A stretch of 62,105 nucleotides of DNA, the filler included. It is 3 parts of 3 records of this genome, joined end to end, with 100 filler letters (N's around TTAATTAATTAA, not from the genome) between each part and the next. Parts side by side here need not be neighbours in the genome. Positions count along the whole stretch, not along the records: positions 1 to 30,149 come from DRR378314_612; positions 30,250 to 48,077 come from DRR378314_615; 1 more part is not named here. The stretch is one strand, 5' to 3'. Made by a program: the position numbers and the translations under genes. The notes beneath the pieces were generated by a model. The model worked only from the letters and a program-made list of their open reading frames with translations, did not search any database and was not told the origin of the DNA. Positions 24,144-36,300 of this stretch are shown one piece after another. Every line of letters begins with the position of its first letter. Within the stretch, counting starts at the first letter, position 1.

Positions 24144-27100
24144 CTATACGCAGGCTGCCTTGTCAAGCTCAACAGGGAGCTTCTTCGCCATCCAGCGAAA
24201 AATAAACGGCGTCCACAGGAGGCTGACCGCCGCACTCCCAAGCAAAAGGAGGTATACCTCACGGCTGCACAGCAAACGGTGCCCGATCGGGGAAGCACAG
24301 CGGAAAGTAGTGCGAGTATGAGAGATCGATACAGGAAGCGATCGTGGCAGTAGCCCTCAAGGAAGCTGAGAGCGTAACAGAGAAATGCAGTCACTCCCCT
24401 GCCCAGAAAGCATGCATGCGTGTGCGCTATCCGACGTACTCTGCACCACGACTTTAGTACAATGGACCCACTGCAGAGCCATGAGAGCGGGCAGCGCTGA
24501 TTCGCGCTCGCCGTAAAGGCATCGGCGCGCACCTGATCAGCTGCAGCGACTGGGCCCGGCTCGCAAGGACGAACGAAAATTCGCCGATTTGACACAGGAT
24601 CACTCCGATCTGCGTAGATCACCGAACAGTATATGGAAGACGAAGTTGAAACAAGGGCATGAACGCTCGCAACCGTGGCGAAATGTGTGGCAGAAGGCAG
24701 CGCGGATTAGTGATCGCACGGTGAATAGATTCGATACGGAGGACAGCGGTGGAAACAAAAAGTGCTTCCGGCCACACACCTGGAGAGATTCTCGCTTCCG
24801 CAAGCTAAAGATATACACAATACTGGAAAATATGAGGCACTTGAGCACCATGATCATCATAGTTGCAATTATCAGCAATCGGACATTGTTTCGAATAAAG
24901 TTGAAATTCACGAGCATTCCAACAGCTGCAGCAAGCGCGCAGCACGCGCACGGAGAAGCGCACCAAGTCAATACTAGAGGTATGAAAAACGGCTTCCCCA
25001 CACGAGATTGCACTTACTAATCATTCTTGTACTCGTACTTACAAGGAAACCAATGGACGTGGAAGGCAGCAATCGCATTCCCTTCGACACCGAATCAGGA
25101 TACACACAAACACATGCACACACACTCTCTCAACCCTATCCCTTACGTCGCGGCACCAAACATGGCACGAAATAGACATTTTCAGCTCTACCATAGAGCT
25201 CAGCTGAGAATCGGAATACGCGGCCTTCGTACATGCAAAAAATAGCGTAGCAAAAACATCTTTCACCGGCTCCACGTGCGCTCGGACCGCATTGCCTCCA
25301 GGTGACGACGCGACAAGTAGTCCAGCGACGAACGACCCGCACTCGAGCGAGAGTCCTGTTCATCGATGCACACCAGAAAAAAAGAGAAGAAATCCCACCA
25401 CACACGCGGATGACTTGGTCAGTTTCCCCTTGAGATCTCTCTCAGCAACTACATGGCATGTACATCACAGACGAGGACAACTGCGAGGAATTCGGGCGTT
25501 CCGCTGCGCGCATGCATTGCGCAAGCGTCAGGAATTCGCCTTTCCAGCGGCAGATCCGGAGCTACGATCGGCGCAGCAAATTGAACACCGCTGGTGATAT
25601 ATTCGTTCAAATTGCATCGTTGTAGCTTCATTGGTTCCTCTACATCAGTGCGCAAACTTGGAAAGTATGATACCAAGGTACGCGCCACATGATCTCTCGG
25701 TCGTGGAGAAGTAGAGCACCGGCGTAGATAAGCTCAAGACGCTCGGAGATGTACAATCTCCTATCCTTCAGGCCTTGCAGCGAAGTCACAGTTTCATGCG
25801 CTGGTAAGAAATGAAATCGATATTCCTGTACACGAAAGACGCACCAATCTCTTCCGCAGCCAGCGCGATGGTCAGGCAAAATGACAGGGTGCTTAGGAGC
25901 CGAATCTGCAAGGCAACGAAGCGCCGTTTGGCACCGCGAAAGCAGACGGCCGCAGACCGAGCGACGACCGAAAGAAAGAAACAAGCGCGTACATCGTCAG
26001 GACGCGTAAAATATATAAACCTACTGCAACAACGCCGTTTCGATCTTCGATGTTCATTTCTTTTCACACAACGCGTAAAAGTGTGTACACAAGGCCGATT
26101 GAGAGCACGGAACGCACCTCGAGCGACCGGAGCTTTGCGGCGGCATCCAGGAGACGCGGAATCGCGCCGCGCGAGAGCACGTACACCACAATGGCGAACA
26201 CAAGGCTGCTTGCCACCTGTCGAACCAGAGCCTCTGTAATGTTTCCGGATCTCTATTCAGTCGACAGGGGTGGGGGAAAATGACAAGCGCACGCGAGTGC
26301 AGAGGAGCGGCGGCGCACGTGGTAAGCCATCGCTCAAACGCCGCGCGGTGACGAAGCGTAGTGCGCGTAGCGACATCAGGAAAAACAAATCCTCCTCACG
26401 CTGCGCGTGTCCGACATAAAAAAAGGAGTAAACGCCATGGAGCGTGCCCAACGCACCGCTCGCAGCGACGGAAGAAAGGTGATCATGAGACCGACGGCGA
26501 TATCCTGATACACTGCGAAAATGCAAGCGGTACATAGGTCGTCATGGGGAGGAACGGTGCCACATACGCGTCAGAGAATGGAGGCAGTACCGCAATCCTG
26601 CGAACGCGGACCTCGCGCTGGCGACGAAGACCGCGCAGTCGTAAGCCAGTCAGCGCTGCACGGGACCACTCTCCCCCCTCGCGCTTTGTCACGCTAGCAT
26701 TTCCGTGGCTACTGCGAGCACTCGTATGAATGCTGCATGGATACCATACCTAAGATTCCCAGAGATATTTCCGCAGCCCGCGAATGCATCATTCCATTGT
26801 CTTTGAGGCAGCGAAGCACGACCGCCGTAGACGACAGCGGAACATACATCCCCAAGACGATCGCGTTGGGCGATACCTCGTAGCCCAGCATATACGCCGC
26901 GGCACCTGCAAGCGCATACGCATTTTGCACACGCGCACATTATTTACAATAGGATACTTCCCAATTTTTGCTACACACCATATGCCCACGACAGAGAACC
27001 CGGAATAGACCCGCGCAATGCGCACGCCGACGTTGCCTTACACATGACGGAGAGTTTCCGCCCAAAGTCGCCGCCACACTATACAGCTCAACGGTTCATT

Positions 27101-29580
27101 ACAAACTGCTTGCACGCACAACCTACGCTGACGCTCACTTCCTATGAACACCTGAGCATCACATTTACTTCACATAATCGAGCATAGGAAATCACATACC
27201 GCAAACGGCCATGCATGCGACGATCTGCAGCGTTCCGCCGACTACGCTCGTGAGCTGGTGGGTTCGGAGCTTCGCAATGTCGCACTCGATTCCAGCATTG
27301 AACAGGAGGAATATGACTCCAAACTGCGCAATCGTCTCGACCTATGCATGTGTAGAAAAAAGCACGAGTGGAAAGGAGTGTAGACAAGGGAAGTCCGCAT
27401 AAGCGAGAATGCGCGAATCGGTCTGCGTGAGAGGGGGAGAACGTGCGCGCACACCAACAGGCAATTGTCGGATAGCCTTCCGCGTAGACTTGGGCGCATC
27501 CTGCCGCTTTCACAAAACGCTGGCTTGATGCAGCCAGCGTAAGCGGAATGCGTTCGTTCAGGCACGGCAGTCGGCGGTAGAGCCTCAAACCCAGTGGTGA
27601 CCCTCTGCCTCGCTGGACGGGCGCTAGAGTCCGCTTGGCATCATGGAACAAAAAGCGACAGACGCACCTGCACGAGCTCGTCGATGACATTTAGACCACC
27701 AGGTCCCAACATCATGCCTGTACACGAGTTGAACAGGGCGCGATTGGTGGAATTCATAGCGTGTGAACAACAGAGCGAGGTGCTGACAGGCAAAACCGCA
27801 AACTGTCATCAATGCCCATATCAACGGCAGCTTCGTTCGGTAGGAAGAGGCAGGCGATGAAGAAGAGAGAGAGGGAGAGAAGGAGTACCGCAAGACTTGA
27901 CGTACCTCCAAGTACATATCCAATAAGAGGTTCTTGTCCCAACACGGACATGAGAACGCCTCCCAACGCTGAAAATGGCAGAAGGCAAGCCAGACGAAGG
28001 CGCGCGCGATTAGTACCGGCGCACCGCACCGTTTCCATTGTGTCGTTGCGGGCCGTCGGCGCGAATGGTCTGCGCCTCGCCAGAGGGCAGAGCATCGCAA
28101 ATAATCTACGATACGTACTTGCACCAACGATTGTTGCAATCAAGTCCGTGACGAGGACGAAATCTTGCACGAGCGACGCGGTGTCCTTCGGCTTCGTGAT
28201 AACGTATTCGTTGTCCTGCACAGGAGAGAGGTAGCGCGGAGGCGCGAGAACCATCTTGTGACTGCGTTGCTCGTCGAACGAGCGTCACTCTTTCCATCAC
28301 GATTTCTTACACACGAAGAAGTAAAAACCAACTACAAATACATTTGATTTGCGCACCTTGCTATCCACGAGCCGCGCGACGTCTTCATCATTCTTGTCCT
28401 CTTTTCGCTCTGTGGAGTTTCCGCCGCGGCGCGCAACGGTCTCCAGTGAAGTCGTCTTCTCACGCAGTGTGTTGTTGTAAGAACCTGTATTTCCCTGCAG
28501 GAAAAGCAGGCAGCGCGTCCAGGAATAAACCAACAGGTTCACATTCATACTTCTACCTGCAAACACAGCGCGATGCGTTAAATACGACGTGGATTACCCA
28601 TGCCAGCGGGAAGTGCCCGGCTGCGGCTCTGCAGCGGCGTGGACGTAACTGCGCGTTACCCTCTATTCTGCTCGGTACAGTTCGCGCACCTCTGTGCCTT
28701 TGGTGTCGATTTTCACGTCGTCTTCCAATCGTTTCTGGGATTTCTTATTCTTATCATCTTCTTTTGATTTTTCCGGGCTGCCGTCAGGAGACCTGGTAAC
28801 TAACGCGTCGTCGCGAAAGTGCTGGTGGGCACTCCTGCACAGCAGAGGACGCGCGCCACCACGGCCGGCGGCCGGCGGCGAAAAGTGCCGCACCGTGAGC
28901 AGCAGCAGCGTGTGACGGCGGCAAAACTGCTAACGACGAGCTGACGCACACAACAACGTATTCGGTAACGGGAAATTGATCCACGAGCCAAGAGGGAAAA
29001 CGGCTGCAAAGATAGTGCTCTGTATGGCGCCCGAGGCCGAAGCAGCGGCGGAGTGGCGAGTGCACGGGACACGGAAACGGCAAGGCCCGTCGCAGGTCCT
29101 CTGCAACTCCGGCAGCAGAAGTCTTCAAAACTTTCCACAAGGGAACGAGCTGCTCCGTCTTGAGCCTCGACCGGGTCACAAGGAATGCGCATTAACGCAT
29201 ACAATATTAATGCATTACTGCCAAAAAATCTTCTGGAAACGTGCGACACGCTGCTTGTGCAGAGACTTCCACCGCGTGACTGGCACTGTGCGTGGCGACA
29301 CTTCTCTCGATTCCTGCCTGCGCAGAGCACAAACGGCAAGGAATGTGCCCAGCTCGACTGGCGGCACAAGGGTCAAGTGCCACGCGAGCGCGCACCTTAG
29401 CTCCTTGTTGAACTCCGTTTGTGGGCCACTGGGGTGAAAGGCAGCACTATTGCGTTTCCGCCACGCTGATTTCTGTTTCGGCTGAACGTCCACTTTTTCG
29501 TTACCGCAGCATTGGATGGCCACAAATGCCAGTAGCAGCGCAAGCACTGCGAAGCGCCAGGCAAACCCAGAGCGCACCAT
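24144..29580 (-). CDS. CPA2 K+/H+ antiporter, KEA4-6/TMCO3 clade, with signal peptide; multi-exon
   Basis: Signal peptide MVRSGFAWRFAVLALLLAFVAIQCCG. Luminal LETVAR...VARLVDSKDNEYVITKPK motif. TM motifs: GQEPLIGYVLGG, QVETIAQFGVIFLLFNAG, LSSTAVVLRCL, VEPVKDVFATLFF, QIGEFSFVLASRA. Last exon REVYLLLLGSAAVSLLWTPFIF...ACV*. Confidence 0.9.
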
Positions 29581-30118
29581 CACAGACCTTGCAGGGCGCA
29601 GCTCCGGCAGTCAACGCCGGCAGCTGGCGCGCACAGCTCTCGCAAATCTCGGCAACACTTACGCCGCGCGAAACGAACCCGATGCGTCAATATTAGAAAA
29701 AAAGAAAAAAATGTGACGCCGTGTGGATTCCAGCTCTTGGCCTGCGCGCCAAGTGAGCGTGCCAACGGAGCGGCTTCCGTGCGCGCAGTGGTCACGCGGT
29801 CCGACTGGGAATCAGACCTATATTGGCGCGAGCGCTTCGCACAGCCTGTTGCTCGTTCAGGGTTCGGTCGGATCCGCCCCAGTTTCCGCAACCGGGTTCC
29901 TCCAGGAGCGAATTCTTCACTGCGGTCGGGCGGGGTCACATTGCTCTGCTGTGCGTCTCTTGCTATGTATACATTCTATCGCTCAACAGCGCGTCTTTGT
30001 ACTTTCTGTTGTATTGAGTAAGTCGTTCGAAAAAGACAAGGTGCGGCTAAATGGTGCTTCGTTCGGACATCGTCGCCACGGAATGAGGGACCTGCGGGGT
30101 CGCGGCCGCTGACAAGGC

Positions 30119-30149
30119 GGTGTGTCTGTGTGTGTGTGTGTGTGTGTGT
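30119..30149. repeat. (TG)n microsatellite at contig end
   Basis: TG dinucleotide run directly abutting the N gap; a likely cause of the assembly break. Confidence 0.9.
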
Positions 30150-30249
30150 NNNNNNNNNNNNNNNNNNNNNNNNNNNNNNNNNNNNNNNNNNNNTTAATTA
30201 ATTAANNNNNNNNNNNNNNNNNNNNNNNNNNNNNNNNNNNNNNNNNNNN
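30150..30249. other. Artificial contig-joining spacer (N44 + TTAATTAATTAA + N44)
   Basis: Exactly 100 bp. The 12-mer at 30194-30205 provides stop codons in all six frames. An identical spacer lies at 48078. Confidence 0.97.
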
Positions 30250-30335
30250 ATCGCGGTTGTGTCGTCCAGTTGCAAGCTCTGATGCATTCTATCCCGCCTT
30301 CGCGTTGCGCGGAAACGCCTGGTTGTGCAACGCAG

Positions 30336-33300
30336 ATGGAGATTCGACCACCTCAGAAATCATATCCAATATGCGATGGGGACACAGTAGCGTTATACTG
30401 TAACGCTACTCGAACATTTCTCGGTGTTACACCATGGAGGTTCGTTTCGCGCAAGCTGCAATGCTATTGAACACATGCCCGTGTAACGTTGTCACGTTTG
30501 GATCTTGGCACGCGTTCGCGCACAGCGTACAGAACTCCGTGCCCTTTGATCCAAAGGAAGCTGTGTTCTTGTCACAACCGCATCCACTTGTAGCTCATCT
30601 TTAGCTACGCGATACTTGTTTGTCGTTGGATACGACGTCATCTGCGCGCGCACTTGCTCGTTTTTGGCGATTCCCAGCAAATCGCCCTCAGAGCCCTCTG
30701 CACGGACAACACACATAGCTGGCCACCGTGCCGATACTCCTCCTTCGTTCGCCCCAGAGCTGTGCGCTGCCAGCTCAATGATGTACGCGGCCTCGATTAG
30801 AAGTACAGAAAATGTTCATCATGAACCAATGGTCTGATAAGCAGATTCCGTAACGATCTGGAGGGTATTTCCCGTTCGTGTGGAAACAAAGACGCCGGGC
30901 AGCTCAGATTCCCTTTTCGCCCGCAACAAAAGATTCCTACGGGAACACGACACGCCAGCACATCTGCAATGTATCTTGTGTCGCACGCAGAAACATGGGG
31001 CATGCATCGCAACGAAAGGATGCCGCGCACGGTGTCTCTATTCTGTAAACTATCCACAGTAGCCACAACAAGAGTGTACAGGTACATTGCATCTCAGTTT
31101 GGGCAAGTTGCTCGTACCGTTCCCCGCTGGTGTGCAGCATACAGTAGAGTACCACGCTTGCTACTACGGGCCTCGCGCGCCCACATGGCACATTCCCTGG
31201 AACGCCCACGCAAGGCGTTTGGCCATTCGTGAATCCCAACTCCGCTTGACTGCAAATGCAGAGATTCTCGCGTCGAGTGCATTCCTCTCGATACGATGGC
31301 TCCTGACGTTGCTGTTGCTCCGTACGCGGAAGTCGATAACAGCAGTTCGACGCGGAATACCATTCCCTTCCCAAGCGATGTTGACGCAGCACTGTTTCGG
31401 ATTTCCCTTCACGTGCGTTGATATGGTACCCCTGTGCTGAGGCCGCAACAGCATGACGGAGTGCCTCGCCGATTTCAGTAACCGTATTACTGAGCAAACG
31501 ACGGCGCATCACCGGAAGTTTGTGCACAATTAGGTTACGGTCGCGGACGAAGTAGAAGTGATGCACGTTGGCGTTCGACGCGCATTGAGCTCCGAGGCGC
31601 CAGCATGTGCCGTTCCTACCTCACCGCAGCACGCGCCGCGGAGACTGATCGTCTGCTTGAGCGCAAGTGAAGTGCCACAACGTTCTCACTGAAGATCCAA
31701 ACCTGAATCTATAAACACTACACACCGTTGTCACAAGTGAACGAGCGGGCGGGGCAATTTACCATCTTCTTGCTGTACACGTCCGTGCAACGCTGTCCAG
31801 CAGACTCCAGGAGAACACAGGCAATCGGAAGGAGGGCCCCTCAATCCCGTGATCTCGGCGCGTGCGCCACGCTCACCCATCTCCATAGGATGCAATGTCG
31901 CGTTCACACACATTGCAAGCGAAAGTATCTTGATTCCCCAGGTCGAATCGCGCACCGCGCGCTCTGCGCCGGAGCCTGCGAGTGCGTGCCAGGAACGGAA
32001 ATCGGTCGCGCTCTTCGCGCGCGGAGCCCCGAGTGCCGCTTCCTCGTCGCTGCGCATTACTGCCAAGTTCCCGCACCATGTGCGACGAGGCGAGCCACTC
32101 GAGTCCGGAGCAGAGATTGTCATAGAGATGCCACAATGGCAGGCGTATGTCGGTATTGAACGAGGTCTAGTCTGTGCGATACGATATCGGCACTTATGGA
32201 GTATAGTGCGGATCCGGAGCTGTGCAGGCGATGTGCTGCAGAGAAACCAACTGCGCGGGCTCCAACGGGTTCGCGTCCTCGAGCTATCCACACAGGGCTA
32301 CATTACTGCCGCGAAACGCACTGGGGCACCTGTGATGGAAGGGACGAATGTCAAGGAGTATTATGCCGTCCTGCAACGCGCCCACGACCACAAAGCAAGT
32401 CGCTTCGGAAACCGCCTTCGTGCCGCTGCGTTTTCCTTCAACCTCCGGCTTCGGCGCAAGGCCGTCCGCAGCGCAACCACGGTCCTCCGCATCGAGCGTG
32501 TTGGAATCACTGACGCACAGGGCGAGCTTCAGCCCGACGAGCCCGTGCGAATTCGCCACCTTGCTACTGGAAGATTGCTGGCAATCGATAGTATTGACAA
32601 TTCCACCCGCTTTGCGCATGCGCGCGAGCTTAATCAGCACGGCGGTACGCTATATATCGCGTACGTGCGGCTTAGCAGCCGAGAGAGTGGCCAGCCGCTC
32701 GCTTTGGAAACTCTCGACCGCCGGCGCGCTTCCGCCGCATTGTACGCATCGTTTCACAGCGAGCCGCTCTGCCGCGCTTTGGTATCCACAATGACACACC
32801 ACAGCGGTGATACATCTGGGCATGAAGTTGTTCCCGCATGCAAATGGGCGCTCGTTCCGGCACCTGCAGGGGGTGGTCAGACAGCGCAGCATCTGAGCTG
32901 CGAGCACGACGCAGAGCATCACGGCTACGAGCACGCGACAGAGGTTGGAGCGACCGCACTCGTGTGCCATACCTGCGCGTCAGCAGATCGCCAGTTCGTA
33001 GTCGAGCGGTTCGAAAATTCCAACGCCTCGCAAATCAACCAGCTTAAAGACTTGCGACGCGCGTTCCAGGAACATGCAAAAGAGTCCTACCCAATAGATC
33101 GAGTGGCTGCGCTCCTGGAAAAGATGCACTTGCTTGTCACTGCTGCTACCGAGGCCGGGGGTGCGCACGTGGCACAACTGCAAGAGGAGGCTCGCGAGTG
33201 GCGTCTCCTGAGTGCGATCTTGAAACTCCTGGGACCTCTGGTATCGTCAAGCGTGGACACGAGTGGCGATGGTAATCACCGTCACTGCGCTTCCGCCCTC

Positions 33301-36300
33301 GCGTCGCTTGCCTTCCATGTGCTGTCACTCCTCTGCTCCGGGTCCGAGAAGAACGCCCTTGTTGCAAGTCACTTCACGTCGGCAATCGGCGCGCACGCGT
33401 CCCTGCCGCAGCAAAGCAATGCACCGCAGGAACGACAGCCTACGTACGTTGCGACGATTGACATGTGGCTATCCAGATCTCTCCCTGCCGCTTGGCAACT
33501 GATGAAACACCTGCTGCAAGTTCCAAGAGTGGGTGCGTCGACAAGAGTGCCGGTCCTCATGGCCCTGGCAAAGCGCTCCCTTGCCGTTGGACGCATCCCA
33601 GCGTGCTTCGACGCTCTCCGAATGCTATGCAGCTCAGAGCACCGCCCCGTTGAGCACATCCAGGCACAAGTTGCAGATCACATTGCCAAATTCTCAGACT
33701 ACCTCATTGCCGTTGAGCAAACGTCGACGGGAACTGTGTACGCATCAATCGCGGTACGTGTCATCGGCCATCATCAGCATTGGACGATCGTAAACTACCG
33801 CAAAGAGCGCGAGGAAGCGGCTGTCTCCCAACAGCTGGCACGGGCACCGGCACATAGTTCCGCTCAATATTTCTTCACTGCCATTTGATACTCTGTCTCC
33901 ACTGTACTCTATATGTTGCTGTTTTGCACAGCATCTGTACGCGCCGACGACAGATCGGTTTGCGACAGAGCAAGTAGCGCGTTTATTCAAAAAGGGGCCA
34001 AACCCTGACCTACCAGTCTCCATTATCAGCCACAATTCTTTCTCGCGCGCCCTGTCATCGTATTTCTCACTCGCCTGCAGAGCGACCGAACAGACGAGCA
34101 GGACAGCAACGATGCTCCCGACGTACCAGTGCGGCGGCTCAAGCTGCTTCGAATTCGAGAGTTGCAGGAGAAAACGAGACAGAACCGTGCGGCGGCACTT
34201 CCGCCCGCGGCGCGCATTGCTCGCCAAAGAGGGAAATCGCCACGATCCAAGGACAGCTCCAGCGTGAATGCAACGGGCCAAGCACAGGATGGCAACACAG
34301 ACCGGACACACACTTTCGCACACGAGCAATCTGTCCAACGCGAGGTGGATACTTTCAATGAACCCGATTGGACGCGAGAAAAAGGACGCGCCACACCTCT
34401 TCCACCAGTTCTCCCTGGAGCTACGGTCCTCAAGGGAAGCATGCGCGTTGCGGCATGCGACACCATTCCTCGGAATGGTGAAGAGGCCGACAGCCTTCGC
34501 GACCAGTTGGCATCGCAACTTCGCTTCTTTGCAGCACTTTGCGACGCCTCCAATGCACATGTCAGGGAAACACTGCGCAATATTCAGTGCTCACATGCAG
34601 CGCTCCTGCTTGATATCGAAGCTGTTGTTGCACTCGTTTTGAATCCGCTGCAGGGGGCCACCGAAGACATTGTCGCAGCATGCGTGGAGTACTTGACATC
34701 CGCACTGATACCGCTCGTTCCTCGGTCGCCGGGAACTTCCTTTCTGTGGAGCTCCACAGCACTTGTCTCCCATCGCGACGAAAATCCACAATCCACGTCC
34801 CAACATATACCTTCCGACGTGGATACGTCAGTGTCAGCCACGCAATCAGCCAACGTGTCCCCAAAGACAAAACTTGCGCGCGCGGCTCACGAATCCGACA
34901 GCGTCGATGCAGGCGAAAGTCGAAAGGCGCCGCGTTTACCGCCGCCAACAACCCCAGAGCGTTCAGTGCAGTCACCTTTCGGAAACCATACGGTCCACGA
35001 GGACAATACTTCTCCTTTTGACCATGCTTCAACGTACCTCGACGCCGCTACCACCGCCATCACGCGCATGCTAAAACGCGTGAACAAGGCGGAAGTCGTA
35101 TGGGCAGAGCAGCACAGGCAGCGCCAGCTAGAGCTCCCTAGCAAGGACGACGACAGCAAGAAATCGACTCGCTCCCCACGCAACGGCAATCATGGTATTG
35201 TACCAACACCGAGCACGCTACACCCGCGCGATAGACGAACAGAACCTTGCATGTGTTTTGTGGAGAAGGCGTACACGGGCCCAGAGGGTGGTCCCCGGGA
35301 CCCCGAGACGGAAGAACGCACACAGGCGCTCCGCCTGCACGGCGCGACGGCCAGGTATCTCGCGGCGCTGGTCCGCGCACGTGGCGCTCCCGGGATCTCC
35401 ATCCTATCGCAAGAGACCATCCAGCAAATTGGGCAGTACCTTGGATCCTCTCATTGCTGCACTAGTTGCAGTGATGAAGAAGTGGTGGCGTGTTCCGAAC
35501 AGGCGGCCGTGGGCTTCTTGTCCGTCCTGGCTCACCTTGCCGAGGTTGCGGCCAAAGAAACTGCGCTGCAGGAAATGCGCCAGCGCATTTTGCCCGACGG
35601 AACGCGAGCCTCGCACCCTGCATCTCGAATCGAATCCGACGTTCAGGCGTTCCAAAATCTTGTGTTTAATACCGATGTGTCAGTGCGCGCTTCGCTTCTC
35701 ATGTGCGCCACACAGCCCGCCACACGCTGCAAACGGGTGTCCGTGCGCGGAGCCGAGACGAACAATGCAATCGACAGCAGCAGCACTATCGGTGGCTCAG
35801 ACCCACGGTCCTGTATTCGTCATCCAGACAAACGTCGTGACAGCTCTGCTGATCCTCCTGTGCCAGCAAAGCGGATGCAGGAGCGCGCACCAGCAGGAAA
35901 CCGCCCGCACACATTGCACTCAGCGCCGACTCGCGCTCCCCGCAGCAGGAAACCCGCGCGTGTCGTACCTCTGACGACTGCCGCTCTGTCGCAAGAGATG
36001 CCGTTCCACAAATCCTCGCAGAGCAGCGAAACGGAATACTTTGCACAAGCGGATGTCTTATCGATATGCAAAGGGGCATGTACAAGCTCTATCGATCTTC
36101 GCTCGTGCACGTTCCGATCGTGCCTTGACCGGCTCGAAGGCGATGCCTTGCCGGGCTCACCGCTGGCGGCATCCTGCTTCCGCCTTCGCTCGAAGATAGC
36201 CCTCCTCCCCAGCTTCTCGTGCGCTCGCGTTATCCAACGATCTGTATTCACGATAATTCGGCCAAGCATTCTCCGCGTGATCCATCAGGCGCGCCGGGAG

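Noticed and set aside
30194-30205. TTAATTAATTAA palindrome (also 48122-48133) as a biological element or repeat
   Set aside because: Embedded symmetrically in N runs; a standard six-frame-stop linker inserted during contig concatenation.
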